Positions 19,002 to 33,867 of a stretch of 64,000 bases of DNA are shown one piece after another (position 1 is the stretch's first letter; every line of letters begins with the position of its first letter). The notes beneath the pieces are model-generated. The model was not told the DNA's origin. It did no database searches and was given only the letters and a program-made list of their open reading frames with translations. Source of the stretch: an uncultured Clostridia bacterium (lineage in GTDB: Bacteria; Bacillota; Clostridia; UBA1212); contig CAMZBI010000006.1 in NCBI GenBank assembly GCA_947304585.1, positions 998-64,997 on the forward strand, given 5' to 3'. The translations under genes were made by a program, and so were the position numbers.

Positions 19002-20070
19002 AGATTTTGATTATGAGCTGCCCGAGAGGCTGATCGCCCAGACGCCCCTTGCCGACAGGACCGCCTCAAGACTTATGGTCGTTGACAGAGTTACGGGGCA
19101 AATTGAACACAGACACTTCTCGGATGTGGGAGAATATCTGAGACCCGGAGACTGTCTTGTGCTGAACGACACAAGAGTTATCCCCGCCAGGATCCTCGGC
19201 AAAAAGAAAGAGACCGGCGCGGCGATCGAATTTGTTCTTCTTAAAAGGTTGAACGAATCGGCGGTCAGCGAGGTCCTTGGAACAGGTGCTCCGGAGGATG
19301 ATTACGGAGACGGCCCGGTGTGGGAAGTCATACTGAGGCCCGGGAGAAGGGCGAAAGAGGGGGCTGAGTTTAACTTTGGCGGCATCTTGGACGCCAAGAT
19401 CCTCAAAGTGAAGCCCGACGGAAACAGAATAGTCCGGTTTAAGTGCGACAGGCCCTTTGAGGAGGTTCTGGAGACCGTTGGCGCGGTGCCCCTGCCGCCC
19501 TACATCAAGGAAAAACTTGACGATCCCGAAAGGTACCAGACCGTGTACGCCAGAGAAAACGGCTCCGCAGCAGCACCCACAGCGGGTCTTCACTTTACGG
19601 ATGAACTGCTGGATTCTCTCAGGGCCAAGGGCATTAGCACCGCCTTTGTGACTCTTCACGTGGGACTTGGAACCTTCAGACCCGTAAAGGCCGAAAAGGT
19701 GGAAGACCACCTGATGCACGAGGAATACTTTGAGATCACCCGGGAAAGCTGCGACCTCATCAATTCCTGCAGAAAGAACGGGGGCAGGGTGATCGCGGTG
19801 GGAACCACCTCCACGAGAGTTCTGGAGTCGGTTGCGAAAGAGGACGGCTCCCTTGAGCCATTCTCAGGCTCCACGGGGATATTCATTTACCCGGGCTACA
19901 GATTCAAGGCGGTGGACGGCCTTATCACCAATTTCCACCTTCCCAAATCAACGCTTATCATGCTGGTGAGCGCCTTTGCAGGGAGAGAACACGTGCTGGA
20001 GGCTTACAGGACGGCTGTCGCGGAGGAATACAGATTCTTCAGCTTCGGAGACGCCTGCCTTTTCATATAA
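18991..20070 (+). CDS. queA: SAM:tRNA ribosyltransferase-isomerase
   Basis: [51 protein letters not shown]. Confidence 0.97.
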   Translation: MDVKDFDYELPERLIAQTPLADRTASRLMVVDRVTGQIEHRHFSDVGEYLRPGDCLVLNDTRVIPARILGKKKETGAAIEFVLLKRLNESAVSEVLGTGAPEDDYGDGPVWEVILRPGRRAKEGAEFNFGGILDAKILKVKPDGNRIVRFKCDRPFEEVLETVGAVPLPPYIKEKLDDPERYQTVYARENGSAAAPTAGLHFTDELLDSLRAKGISTAFVTLHVGLGTFRPVKAEKVEDHLMHEEYFEITRESCDLINSCRKNGGRVIAVGTTSTRVLESVAKEDGSLEPFSGSTGIFIYPGYRFKAVDGLITNFHLPKSTLIMLVSAFAGREHVLEAYRTAVAEEYRFFSFGDACLFI

Positions 20071-20151
20071 AAACGAATGACACTGGGCGCAAGGAAACAC
20101 GGATTGGCCGCAAGTCAGATTACTTTAACTACGACAAAAGGAGAAATCAAA

Positions 20152-20427
20152 ATGACAGACAGTTTTTTGGACGAGAATTCAATAAAGTTGACGGATGAGA
20201 ACGGAAAAGAGTTCAGGTTCAGCCTTCTGGACCTTATTGAATACGAAGGCGGAGAATACGCAGTACTGATTCCCGGAGAAAAGTATGACGGCCGGGTCAC
20301 GATCCTTAAAGTGGAAGACGTAAACGGGGATTCCATTGCGGATTATATAAGCGTTGACGATCCGGCTGTGGTGGAGGCGGTATTCGACATCTTCAAGAAA
20401 AAGGTGGAGGAAGCTTCGAAAGCCTGA
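20152..20427 (+). CDS. DUF1292 family protein
   Basis: I.LTDENG.E..F..L..IEYEG.EYAVL..P; AGGAG RBS. Confidence 0.8.
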   Translation: MTDSFLDENSIKLTDENGKEFRFSLLDLIEYEGGEYAVLIPGEKYDGRVTILKVEDVNGDSIADYISVDDPAVVEAVFDIFKKKVEEASKA

Positions 20428-20557
20428 GCACACAGGCCGGAAGGTCTGATACGCCAATATAAAAAATGCGGGGCAAAGCACGGAATTACCGTTGACTTTA
20501 CCCCGCTGTGTTATTTTGCGCCGCTTGCCGGAAAGCCCCGGCACCGGCAGCCCGGTA

Positions 20558-23500
20558 TTATTCTGCTTCGACTTTAAACGTCCTTGGCGTTCCCTCAGTC
20601 ATCGTTACCGCAAAACTGTAGGTAAACGTTCCGTCGCTGGAATAACTTACAAAGTAACCGTCGTAGCCGAGGCTTGAAGCGACTGTGTAGGGCACCCACT
20701 CGCCGTCGATCTTTTCATATATCTTCGGAACGGTGAGCTCGGTAAAACCGCTTGCGACCACAGTGATGTTGTGGTCCCGCTCCCAGAAGGACTTGTAGGC
20801 GGTATACTCTTTTGTGGCATAGCCGGGGAGGTCTCTCACGTTGTTGAGACCGCCGGAAACGGTGAATTCGACTGATTTTCCGTCGCCCGTCTTAACAGTG
20901 GGAACGACGTTGTCGGGAAGAACGGTGCCGACCGAGGCTTCAACGGTGACCGGGTGCAGGAGAGTGTTCTCCCGGACCATGCGGACGTTGTCGTCGTTCT
21001 CGGAAAAATAGGAGCCCCAAGGCATCAGAATGCAGCTGAATCTGATATGGTCGCCTTTCTTGAAGGTGGTCTTTCCGTTTATGTCAAGGGTAAACGCTGC
21101 CATGCCCCTGCCTTCCCGGACCACGAAACCGCCGGTGTAGGCCTTGCCGCCAATGGTGATGTCGCTGGACTTCAGAAGGAAGGAAAGGTTGGAACTGGAA
21201 TCGCTTTCCACATAGGCCTTGGGGTTTGAAGTCACCTTGTGGAAGTAGTCAAAATAGGGGTGGTCGTTGCCCAGCTTCACTACTCTGTACTCGTCAAGGG
21301 ACGCGTTTTCGATGACGCAGTTGTTGTCCTTGTCAAGGTAGCCGAATTTTTCAAAAGGCTCGTACATTGCGTAAAGGGAAAAGTCTTCGATGACGTTGTT
21401 TACGGTCACGTCGTCAAGGAACTCGTAATCCACTTCATAGTACGCCCTGTTTTCGTCGGTGTCCGGCATCTCCACGTGGCGGTAGGATTCAAAAACCTTG
21501 CCGTCGTAGGAGGTGTAGTAAAGAGTGATGTCCGCAAGGACGGGGCCGCTGGAGGCGATATTGGTCATGCCCACGTTTTCGTAGGAATTGAATTTGCCGT
21601 CCGCATCGGTGTAACGGAGAAAATAATGGGCACCGTTGTTGGAGTGCTGGGGCTGCTGACCCTTTTTCACCTTGGCACCGGTGGGGTTGCCGTTGTCGTC
21701 CACCACGTCAAGGTAGTCGTCCGCCCAGTAGAGAGCCGAAAGTCCTCTGTGGTCCGGAAGCCTGGTCTCCGCGCAGTAGAGGTGGATGCAGTTGGTCTCG
21801 GTGACGCCAAGGCTGAGATGGTAATATGCCGAGTGGAATCTGATGGAAGTCACCTGCTTGAGACGGTAGTTGCCCCACTGCTCGTAAAGATCGCAGAGAG
21901 TGTAAGTGTTGTCCGTGTCGGGGCCCACCACCATGGGGAAGATGGAAAGACCGTAGGAGTAGCTGTCGTTGTCGGTGTAGAAGAGTTCCTCGCCGTCCCG
22001 GGCAAAGTTTTTGCAGGCCTCAACTGTGATCGGGAGAAGCACTCCGTCTTTGTCCAGAAGCACTGCGCATTCAAGACATCCCGTGTCGGGGGTCTCGCCT
22101 CTTACGTAAACTGTCCTGGTGGAGCCATTGGCCTCTGTTGTGAATTTTACCTTATGCTCGTCAAGTGGCGCATTGTAGGCAACGTCAAAACTGTCCGCAC
22201 CTTTGATGTTGAAAATGTATGCTCCGGTCAGCTGGTCGTAACCCTTGTATGCGGATCTCTTCGAAGAACCGGCTGTGTCGACGCTGAACTCCAGGGGGAA
22301 CCGCTCAAAATATGCCTGGTCGAGGAATGCCCCGAAATCGTGGCTCTCGTCGGTATAGATCCGGCGGGCGATGTAGATGCTGCCGCCTTTTCTGACTTTC
22401 TTGCCGTTGACCGCCAACTCCTGGGTGACGACGTACTGCCCGTCCTCAAGTTTTACGGTGAGTTTTCCGGCATATTCCTCGTCGTTGCCAAGAATTATTC
22501 CGAACACGCCAACACCTTTTATGTCAAAGCCGGCGTACGCAGCGGTGTCCCAGTCCACTTCGTCAAGGGAGTAGTGGGAACCTTGGTTGTCGTTCACAAC
22601 GAACTTGTCAACGGTCTCCGCATCGATCTTTGTAACGGTGCCTACGGAACTGACTGAGGTGGTCTCGGCTGTGGCCACAAACCTCACGTTTTCGTGGATC
22701 TTGTCGGAATAGACGTTGTAGTTTCTGTCCAGCTTGAAGGGCGGGATGTCCTTCGAGAGCTTTATCATTGAGAATTCTTTTACGTAGACCTGCTCGCCCA
22801 CGTAGCCGCCGCAGTCGAGACGAAAGGCGGTCAGGTATCCTTTCAGATTGGCGTTGTTGTCAAAATATATGATGTACGTGTGGTACTCGCCGTCGGATAT
22901 TGGTTTGAAACTCATGTGGGACTCGGCAACAAAAGTTTTCAGCTCGCCTGCCACGTAATACAGTTCGCAGTTGCCGGCGCCGGAGCACTTGAGGGTGACC
23001 AGAAAGGCGTCGTAATCGTCAACGTTGTATTTGTTCCCGGGCACTCTGAAACACATGTAAGGGTCGTAGGTGCTGGTCACGGTAAAACTGTAGGAGCCGT
23101 CGCTCTGGGCAACGGGACTTTCGTAGTCGTGGTGAACAAAGCAGTCGTCAAGGGGAAGATTTGCCTTTTCCGTATATGTGCTTTCGTCGCCGGAGGCAAA
23201 GGTGTGGTCCAGAACGTGAAGATTGTAATAGTAGATGCCCTGGTCGTAGAGGTTGGCCCTTGCGGGAGTCGCCCCGGCAAAGAACGTATTCCCGGTGTCC
23301 ATGGTGATGAAAGTGTCCATGGTGTCGGAAATGTATACGCCGCCCTTGGTGTTCTGAATTGAACTCAGGCCGCTGTAGCCGTTGTGAGGCGCCAATGCGT
23401 ATATGAGCTTGCCGTTCTTGTTCTCAAGGATGTACGAACTCCGGGAGGAGCTGTCGTAGTAGCCGTTGACCGCATTGGCGTAGTCCGCAGCCTTCGTTAT

Positions 23501-23671
23501 CGTATCGCCGTAGGGACCTGTGTAATCCTTGTAGATCACGGGCTCCGCTGTGGGAATGACGGGCGTTGTCGTGCCGGAGGGTTCCTCCGGGGTCACGCAG
23601 CCGAAGCAGAGAAGCCCCAGGACTGCAAGAAATGAAAGAAGCAGAACAGTTTTTAACCAGCGTGATTTCAT
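20558..23671 (-). CDS. Large secreted/lipoprotein of unknown function (1037 aa)
   Basis: Signal peptide ending CFGC, P/T/E linker, Y/D/T-rich beta-type body; GGAGG RBS. Confidence 0.8.
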   Translation of the reverse strand: MKSRWLKTVLLLSFLAVLGLLCFGCVTPEEPSGTTTPVIPTAEPVIYKDYTGPYGDTITKAADYANAVNGYYDSSSRSSYILENKNGKLIYALAPHNGYSGLSSIQNTKGGVYISDTMDTFITMDTGNTFFAGATPARANLYDQGIYYYNLHVLDHTFASGDESTYTEKANLPLDDCFVHHDYESPVAQSDGSYSFTVTSTYDPYMCFRVPGNKYNVDDYDAFLVTLKCSGAGNCELYYVAGELKTFVAESHMSFKPISDGEYHTYIIYFDNNANLKGYLTAFRLDCGGYVGEQVYVKEFSMIKLSKDIPPFKLDRNYNVYSDKIHENVRFVATAETTSVSSVGTVTKIDAETVDKFVVNDNQGSHYSLDEVDWDTAAYAGFDIKGVGVFGIILGNDEEYAGKLTVKLEDGQYVVTQELAVNGKKVRKGGSIYIARRIYTDESHDFGAFLDQAYFERFPLEFSVDTAGSSKRSAYKGYDQLTGAYIFNIKGADSFDVAYNAPLDEHKVKFTTEANGSTRTVYVRGETPDTGCLECAVLLDKDGVLLPITVEACKNFARDGEELFYTDNDSYSYGLSIFPMVVGPDTDNTYTLCDLYEQWGNYRLKQVTSIRFHSAYYHLSLGVTETNCIHLYCAETRLPDHRGLSALYWADDYLDVVDDNGNPTGAKVKKGQQPQHSNNGAHYFLRYTDADGKFNSYENVGMTNIASSGPVLADITLYYTSYDGKVFESYRHVEMPDTDENRAYYEVDYEFLDDVTVNNVIEDFSLYAMYEPFEKFGYLDKDNNCVIENASLDEYRVVKLGNDHPYFDYFHKVTSNPKAYVESDSSSNLSFLLKSSDITIGGKAYTGGFVVREGRGMAAFTLDINGKTTFKKGDHIRFSCILMPWGSYFSENDDNVRMVRENTLLHPVTVEASVGTVLPDNVVPTVKTGDGKSVEFTVSGGLNNVRDLPGYATKEYTAYKSFWERDHNITVVASGFTELTVPKIYEKIDGEWVPYTVASSLGYDGYFVSYSSDGTFTYSFAVTMTEGTPRTFKVEAE

Positions 23672-23757
23672 AAAAACCTCCGTTTAAGCCGGAAAACATT
23701 GCCGGCGGTATACAAAGGACCGGAGAGCACTCCTCCGGCCCGGATTAAATACAATAA

Positions 23758-25236
23758 TCAGGAAAGTCTGGATATTCCGTCCCTTATCCTTCTCAAGGTT
23801 TCGTCGTATCCAAGTATTTCTGCAAGCTCCGTGGCGCCGCCGGGGGTGGCGGGAAGACCGCTGACAGCAGTACGCAGAGGCCAGAGAAGCTGACTGTTTT
23901 TGAGCTCCTTCGAAGCTGCAACGCCAAGGAGAAACTCGTAGATCTTGTCGGAAACAAAGTCATCCTTTACGGAGGGATCGTTCTCAAATGCCTCTTCAAT
24001 TATTTTCAGCGAAGCCAGGGATATCTCCCTGTCGGTCTTCATCTTTTTGTGGCAGTAAAGCTCCGTGTCGTAATCCGGCAGTTTTGCGATAAAACTTATT
24101 TTTTCGGGGATCTCCGCAAGGGTGCTGATCCTTGTTTTTACAAGAAGAGCGATCTTCCTGAGAGTCTCGGGAGAGGGAACTTCTGTACCGGCGTCCTCAA
24201 AGACCTTTTTGACGGTGTCGAGGGTGAGACCCAGGAAACGGTCCTCGTCCATGCGCTTTATGTATTCGCCGTTCATCCAGGTGAGTTTTTCAATGTCGAA
24301 TATCGCAGGGGACTTGCTGATGCCTGAGATGGTGAAGGCTTTCTCAAGCTCGCCAAGGGTGTAAAACTCTTCGTTGCCGGAGGGGCTCCAGCCAAGGAGA
24401 CAGATGTAATTCAGGATCGCCTCGGGGAGATATCCTTTTGCCACAAGGTCGAAGAAGGAGGCGTCGCCGTTGCGCTTCGAGAGCTTGTGGTGCTCGTCCT
24501 TCATGATGGGGGCGCAGTGAACGTAAACGGGGATCTCCCAGCCGAAGGCCTCGTAAAGAAGATTGTATTTAGGCGTGGATGAGAGGTATTCGTTGCCCCT
24601 GACCACGTGGGTGATGCCCATGAGATGGTCGTCCACCACATTGGCGAAGTTATAGGTGGGAAGACCGTCGCTCTTAAGAAGCACCTGATCGTCCAGAGTC
24701 TTGTTTTCGACTGTGATGTCGCCGTAGACCGCATCTGTGAAGGTGGTGGTGCCTGTAAGAGGCATCTTCTGGCGGATGACGTAGGGGATGCCGGCAGCAA
24801 GGTTCACCGCAACGACGTCCGGAGAGAGATCCCGGCAATGCCTGTCGTAGTTAAAGCCCGTTCCCAGAGCCTCATCGCTGGTCTTTAGGCCTTCCAGCCG
24901 CTCCTTTGTGCAGAAACAGTAGTAGGCGGCACCCTTTTCCACAAGGAGTTCCGCATATTTCTTATATATGTCCTTGCGCTGGCTCTGGATGTAGGGACCG
25001 CAGTCGCCTTCCTTTCCGGGGCCCTCGTCGTAATCGATCCCCGTGGCCTTAAGGGTGTTGAACACCACGTCAAGGGCGCCTTCCACATACCTCTCCTGGT
25101 CGGTGTCCTCGATCCTGAGGAGAAAATCGCCGCCCTGGGACTTTGCGATAAGATACTCGTAAAGAGCCGTGCGGAGATTTCCGATGTGCATGTAGCCCGT
25201 GGGGCTGGGAGCGAATCTTGTTCTGGTTTTTTTCAT
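23758..25236 (-). CDS. gltX: Glutamate--tRNA ligase
   Basis: [25 protein letters not shown]; start at ATG 25236. Confidence 0.97.
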   Translation of the reverse strand: MKKTRTRFAPSPTGYMHIGNLRTALYEYLIAKSQGGDFLLRIEDTDQERYVEGALDVVFNTLKATGIDYDEGPGKEGDCGPYIQSQRKDIYKKYAELLVEKGAAYYCFCTKERLEGLKTSDEALGTGFNYDRHCRDLSPDVVAVNLAAGIPYVIRQKMPLTGTTTFTDAVYGDITVENKTLDDQVLLKSDGLPTYNFANVVDDHLMGITHVVRGNEYLSSTPKYNLLYEAFGWEIPVYVHCAPIMKDEHHKLSKRNGDASFFDLVAKGYLPEAILNYICLLGWSPSGNEEFYTLGELEKAFTISGISKSPAIFDIEKLTWMNGEYIKRMDEDRFLGLTLDTVKKVFEDAGTEVPSPETLRKIALLVKTRISTLAEIPEKISFIAKLPDYDTELYCHKKMKTDREISLASLKIIEEAFENDPSVKDDFVSDKIYEFLLGVAASKELKNSQLLWPLRTAVSGLPATPGGATELAEILGYDETLRRIRDGISRLS

Positions 25237-25408
25237 AGGTGATACCTCTTGATCGTTTGTTTTATTCCGCTTCGCTGCGGCTTTCGTCAGGGTATAATTT
25301 ATCATAAAAAGCAGTTTTTTTCCACAATTTTTATTTAAAAGCAAAGGGACGTTGTGATAAAATTGAACCGTGTTAAAACTGACTCCAAGGAACGGCGGTG
25401 TTTTTAAA

Positions 25409-25879
25409 ATGGCGGAACTGACCAATGCAATACGGCTTCTCAAAGACGCAGGAGCGTTTATCAATGCCCATGAGTACACCGGAGCGTTTACCGACGCAGG
25501 AGAACTGGCATTGGCGCTTGGGCTTGACCCCGACAGAGTGTTTAAAACACTTGTCACTGCGGGGAAAAGCGGAAATCACCATGTTTTCGTGGTGCCGTGC
25601 AGGGGGAAACTTGATCTTAAGAAGGCGGCTTCCGTATGCGGCGAAAAATACGTGGAGATGATCCCTCAAAAAGATCTCCTCAAGACCACCGGCTACGTCC
25701 ACGGGGGCTGCTCGCCTGTGGGAATGAAAAAACAGTTTGACACGTATATAGACGAGACCTGCGTGCTTTTTGAAACGGTCTGCTTCTCCGCGGGACGGGT
25801 CGGCGAGCTGGCGGAAGTGAAAACGGAAGTGTATCTGGAAAAGTTCGGCGCCGTCACCGCAGATCTTACGCAGGCCTAA
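25409..25879 (+). CDS. ybaK: Cys-tRNA(Pro) deacylase YbaK/EbsC
   Basis: [33 protein letters not shown]. Confidence 0.92.
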   Translation: MAELTNAIRLLKDAGAFINAHEYTGAFTDAGELALALGLDPDRVFKTLVTAGKSGNHHVFVVPCRGKLDLKKAASVCGEKYVEMIPQKDLLKTTGYVHGGCSPVGMKKQFDTYIDETCVLFETVCFSAGRVGELAEVKTEVYLEKFGAVTADLTQA

Positions 25880-25906
25880 AACGAAATATTGTAAAGGAAT
25901 TTGCCA

Positions 25907-26854
25907 ATGAACATTACTGTACTCGATCAAAACACTGTTACAATGGGTGACCTTGATTTCGGTCCCCTTGAAAGACTTGGCAAGGTCAGTTATTACGACG
26001 CTCTTCCCGAAGACCGGGTGGTGGAGGCCTGCCTTGGCGCGGATGCTGTCATCATCAACAAAGCCAAAATGACGAGAGAAGTCATAGAAAGCCTGCCTGA
26101 CCTAAAGTATATAGGCCTTTTTGCCACCGGATACAACAACGTGGACTGCGCTGCCGCAAGAGAGCGGGGAATCGACGTGGTCAACGCCCCGGGGTACAGC
26201 ACAGACTCCGTAGCCCAGCTGGTCTTCTCTTTTATCCTCTCGTTTGCCACCAGCATCCGGGAATACGACGAATCCGTTCACCGGGGAGAGTGGGTCTATT
26301 CAAAGACTTTTGCCTATTTCCCCTACAGGCTCACTGAGCTTGCGGGAAAGACCCTTGGCGTGGTAGGCTTCGGAGCCATCGGAAGGAAAGTCGCCAATAT
26401 CGGCGCGGCCCTTGGAATGCGGGTCATTGTTTACTCCAGAAGGATTTACGACGACTGCCCCTATGAGCAGGTCGGAAAAGAACAACTGTTCCGGGAGAGC
26501 GATTTCCTGTCCCTCAACTGCCCGCTGAACGAGGGTACGGCGAAGCTCGTGAACGAAGAGACACTGGCACTGATGAAAAAGACTGCTTTTATCGTCAATA
26601 CTTCCCGGGGCGGAGTTGTGGACTCAAAGGCCCTTGCGGAGGCTCTGAACCGGGGAGACATTGCGGGAGCAGGCATCGACGTCCTTGAAAACGAACCTAT
26701 GCGAGGCGACGATCCTCTGCGGACCGCCAAAAACTGCACGATCACTCCTCACATAGCTTGGGCGTCGAAAGAAGCCCGCACGAGACTGATCGAGATGGTG
26801 ACGGAGAGCCTGAGACTCTGGAAGAACGGTGAAAAGAGGTTCGTGGTCAACTGA
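25907..26854 (+). CDS. D-2-hydroxyacid dehydrogenase (glycerate dehydrogenase-like)
   Basis: ATGYNNVD, GFGAIG, NTSRG, DVLENEP, TPHIAW. Confidence 0.92.
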   Translation: MNITVLDQNTVTMGDLDFGPLERLGKVSYYDALPEDRVVEACLGADAVIINKAKMTREVIESLPDLKYIGLFATGYNNVDCAAARERGIDVVNAPGYSTDSVAQLVFSFILSFATSIREYDESVHRGEWVYSKTFAYFPYRLTELAGKTLGVVGFGAIGRKVANIGAALGMRVIVYSRRIYDDCPYEQVGKEQLFRESDFLSLNCPLNEGTAKLVNEETLALMKKTAFIVNTSRGGVVDSKALAEALNRGDIAGAGIDVLENEPMRGDDPLRTAKNCTITPHIAWASKEARTRLIEMVTESLRLWKNGEKRFVVN

Positions 26855-26879
26855 TATAACGAAACGCAGAAACGATAAA

Positions 26880-26919
26880 AAAAGACCGGCACAGCAAAAA
26901 AGCGAAGCGCCGGTCTTTT
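26880..26919. terminator. Probable bidirectional terminator
   Basis: aaaagaccggc...gccggtctttt between convergent genes. Confidence 0.65.
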
Positions 26920-26942
26920 AACATATTGCAGATTGTTCTGCC

Positions 26943-28172
26943 TTATTCGATCACTTTGAGTGTTATTCCGCAGGTCGCTCCGCCAAAGCCTTCGCAGAGA
27001 GACTTGACAGTCTCTTCAAGTTCTGCAGGCGTCAGCTTTCCGGTGAGGAAAGAGGTGGTGCCGCCGCAGGTGATCATTTTGAGCCCCGCCAGCCCCGGCG
27101 TAAACTCGCCGTCGGGGATGTCGTCAAGTCTGATGTAGTATCTGCAGGCGCTGTCGTCGGGAACGATCTCCGCTTCTTCGCATATGAAGCCCGGCTTCAC
27201 CGCATCGTTTTCCGCATTCATAAGAAGTTCCACTATGTCGCCGCAGATGGCATTGGCGGTGGGGAGCTTGCCTGCGCCGATTCCGTAAAAGAAGGTCTTT
27301 CCGGTGTACTTTCCCTCGATCATGATGCCGTTGTAGGCACCGCTGACTGAGGAAAGGTGGCTGGTCTTCATCACCAGCATGGGTTCGACGAAGGAAACGA
27401 TTTTTTTGCCGTTATGCTTTGTGCCTGCGATGAGCTTGACCTTTCCGCCAAGGGCGTCGGCCATGGCGATGTCCTCCGCAGTGATCTTTCTGATCCCTTT
27501 GGTGGGGATCTTTTTGTAATCAACGAACCTGCCGTAGGATATGGACGAGAGAATGGCGATCTTCCTGGCGGGGTCGAAACCGTCAACGTCGGAGGAGGGA
27601 TTGGCCTCGGCGTAACCTCTTGTCTGAGCTTCCCAGAGGGCTTCCTCAAAGGACAGGCCGTCCTCTTCCATGCGGGTGAGCATGTAATTCGTGGTGCCGT
27701 TGACCACGCCTATGATGCTTGTGATCTCATTTGCGCCCATGCAGACGCGAAGAGGGCGGATGATCGGCACGCTGCCGCCGACGCTGGCCTCGTAAAGGAA
27801 GCGGACCCCCTTGTCGTAGGCGATGCTTTCCAGTTCTCTGCCGAATTCCGCCACAAGATCCTTGTTGGACGTGACCACGCACTTGCCTGCCAGCAGCGCT
27901 TTTTTCGTGATGGTATAGGCAAAATCAAGGCCGCCAACAGTCACAACGGCAACGTCTATCTCGCTGTCCCCCAGCACGTCCCCCGGGTTTTTCACCGCAT
28001 ATTTTTCGTAGGGCGTGCCCGCAAGGTCTCTGATGTCGAGAATCGCCTTGAGCTCAACCTTCCGGCCGAACCGTTTGCTGAGCTTTTCCGATTCATTGAT
28101 CAGTATATCGGCAACGCCGGAACCAACAACTCCGCAGCCTATAACGGCTATCTTAAAAGATTTATCTGTCAT
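26943..28172 (-). CDS. hom: Homoserine dehydrogenase
   Basis: GCGVVG, VTSNK, YEASVGG, NGTTNY, GYAEANPSSDVDG, GAGKLPTA. Confidence 0.93.
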   Translation of the reverse strand: MTDKSFKIAVIGCGVVGSGVADILINESEKLSKRFGRKVELKAILDIRDLAGTPYEKYAVKNPGDVLGDSEIDVAVVTVGGLDFAYTITKKALLAGKCVVTSNKDLVAEFGRELESIAYDKGVRFLYEASVGGSVPIIRPLRVCMGANEITSIIGVVNGTTNYMLTRMEEDGLSFEEALWEAQTRGYAEANPSSDVDGFDPARKIAILSSISYGRFVDYKKIPTKGIRKITAEDIAMADALGGKVKLIAGTKHNGKKIVSFVEPMLVMKTSHLSSVSGAYNGIMIEGKYTGKTFFYGIGAGKLPTANAICGDIVELLMNAENDAVKPGFICEEAEIVPDDSACRYYIRLDDIPDGEFTPGLAGLKMITCGGTTSFLTGKLTPAELEETVKSLCEGFGGATCGITLKVIE

Positions 28173-29652
28173 ATATAAAATCCTCCGCAGTTTCCTGCAT
28201 CTTTTCGGGTTCAACGGTTTTTTTGAATCTTATCTCCCGGCTGAAAAGCTCGCGAAGAGGAGAGGGCACCGGAGCCCCTGTTTTATCGGAAAGAATATGG
28301 GAGATCCTGTCCTCGTCCATATCTTCCGTTATCTCGCCGCCGAAAATGCTGACGGCAACGGATCTGTTAAACTTAAACGGGCTTGCCGTTGATACGCAGA
28401 CACAGTGCCTTGATCTGTCCGAAACCTTTTCGCAGACGCCAATGCCCACGGCCGTGTGGGGGTCCGCAAGGTAACCGTATTTCCGGTACATTTCGCCAAT
28501 GGTCTCCGCCACTTCATCCTGCCCGGAACTGCCGGACAGAAAATCCTCCTTGATCTTGGCAAGGGCTTCCCGGGGAATCTCATACTTCCCGCAAGAGGAA
28601 AGCTTTCCCATGAGATCGCTTACCGCGGAGGAGTCTTTGTCGAGGGCGTCGTAAATGAGCCTTTCAAGATTTGATGACACGAGTATGTCCATGGCGGGGG
28701 AGGTGGTCATCACAAACTCCCGGTTTTTGTCGTAAACGCCCGTGGCAAGGAAATCCGCCACCACGTTGTTCTCGTTGCAGGCGCAGATGATCTTTTCAAC
28801 CGGAAGGCCGGCCTTCTTTGCATAGTAACATGCCAGTATGTCGCCGAAATTGCCGGTGGGAACGCAAAAATCGATCTTTTCGCCAAAAGAAATACTGCCT
28901 TCGGAGACCAAAACCGAATAGCTGTAGAAGTAATAGACGATCTGGGGGAGAAGGCGACCCCAGTTTATTGAATTGGCACTGGAGAGCATCTTTCCGTCCT
29001 TCTGAAGTTTTGCGGCAAAATCCCTGTCGGAGAAGATCTTCTTAACGCCGGTCTGGGCGTTGTCGAAATTCCCCTCGATGGCGACCACGTTCACGTTGTT
29101 TCCAAGCTGGGTTACCATCTGGAGCTTTTGAGTCTCGCTGACGCCTTCGGAGGGGTAGAAGACCATGATCTTTATGCCGGGCACGTCCCGGAATCCCTCG
29201 AGGGCCGCCTTGCCGGTGTCGCCGGAGGTTGCGGTGAGGATGGTTATCTCCTTTGACTCGCCGCATTTTTCCACTGCTTTCGTCATGAAGAGGGGAAGAA
29301 TCTGTAGCGCCATGTCCTTGAACGCACAGGTGGGACCATGCCAAAGCTCAAGAACAGAAAAGCCGTCGTCAAGCGTTCGGAGTCTGCAGGGCCCCTCGGG
29401 AAATTTTTCAGCCGAGTAGGCCTTGACCACGCAGTCTCTTATCTCATTGGCGTCAAAATCCGTGGCATAACGGGAGATGACGAGGGCTGCGATGTCCTCG
29501 TAGTCCGCTCCGCACATCCCTTTTATCTCTTTAGGTGTGAAGAAGACTTCTTCTTCCGGCACGAAAAGACCGCCGTCGGAGGCAAGTCCCTTGATGACCG
29601 CTTTCGAAAATGAAGTGCCTTTATCGCCGCCTCTGGTGCTGGCGTAAGTCAT
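28162..29652 (-). CDS. thrC: Threonine synthase
   Basis: YASTRG, GLASDGGLF, HGPTCAFKD, ATSGDTG, SANSINWGR, VPTGNFG, DPHTA. Confidence 0.96.
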   Translation of the reverse strand: MTYASTRGGDKGTSFSKAVIKGLASDGGLFVPEEEVFFTPKEIKGMCGADYEDIAALVISRYATDFDANEIRDCVVKAYSAEKFPEGPCRLRTLDDGFSVLELWHGPTCAFKDMALQILPLFMTKAVEKCGESKEITILTATSGDTGKAALEGFRDVPGIKIMVFYPSEGVSETQKLQMVTQLGNNVNVVAIEGNFDNAQTGVKKIFSDRDFAAKLQKDGKMLSSANSINWGRLLPQIVYYFYSYSVLVSEGSISFGEKIDFCVPTGNFGDILACYYAKKAGLPVEKIICACNENNVVADFLATGVYDKNREFVMTTSPAMDILVSSNLERLIYDALDKDSSAVSDLMGKLSSCGKYEIPREALAKIKEDFLSGSSGQDEVAETIGEMYRKYGYLADPHTAVGIGVCEKVSDRSRHCVCVSTASPFKFNRSVAVSIFGGEITEDMDEDRISHILSDKTGAPVPSPLRELFSREIRFKKTVEPEKMQETAEDFIYDR

Positions 29653-29788
29653 ACTGTTACCTCCGTTCTCTTTCGGGGAGTAAACGACCGACCGCAGACT
29701 GAAGCGGTCGGAAAGATCGTTTTCAAGCCGGATAAATCAGTGCATGGCGGAAGGCCGCAGTGCCTGAAAACGGCGTCGGTAAATGGAT

Positions 29789-29817
29789 ATTATAAAATCG
29801 GTTCCGGACCCTGTCAA
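29789..29817 (-). promoter_or_regulatory. Consensus sigmaA promoter for thrC-hom
   Basis: Minus strand TTGACA-17-TATAAT. Confidence 0.8.
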
Positions 29818-29819
29818 GG

Positions 29820-29895
29820 AAAAAAATAAAAAATTTTAAGAAATATAAAAAAATTAAAAATAACTGTTGACATCTTGATAATTATTTAGTAAACT
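29820..29895 (+). promoter_or_regulatory. rpoB promoter with A-rich UP-like element
   Basis: A tracts 29820-29862, then TTGACA-17-TAAACT. Confidence 0.65.
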
Positions 29896-30055
29896 TTTAC
29901 ATTGCAGTGTTTTCATTATGGGATACTGTCGCATTCAAAGATATACTACCACATACGGGCCTGTATGTCTACCGAAATTTCATGAAAATCCGCCACCGGC
30001 GGGTAAAAATAAATTTAATATTTCATTTTCGTTGAGAAAAGCTTTGAGGTGATTA

Positions 30056-33850
<3,795 letters not shown>

Positions 33851-33867
33851 TGGAGGGAGGAAATAAG

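Noticed and set aside
25237..25557. N-terminal extension of GltX
   Set aside because: Overlaps the divergent ybaK; homology starts at [11 protein letters not shown].
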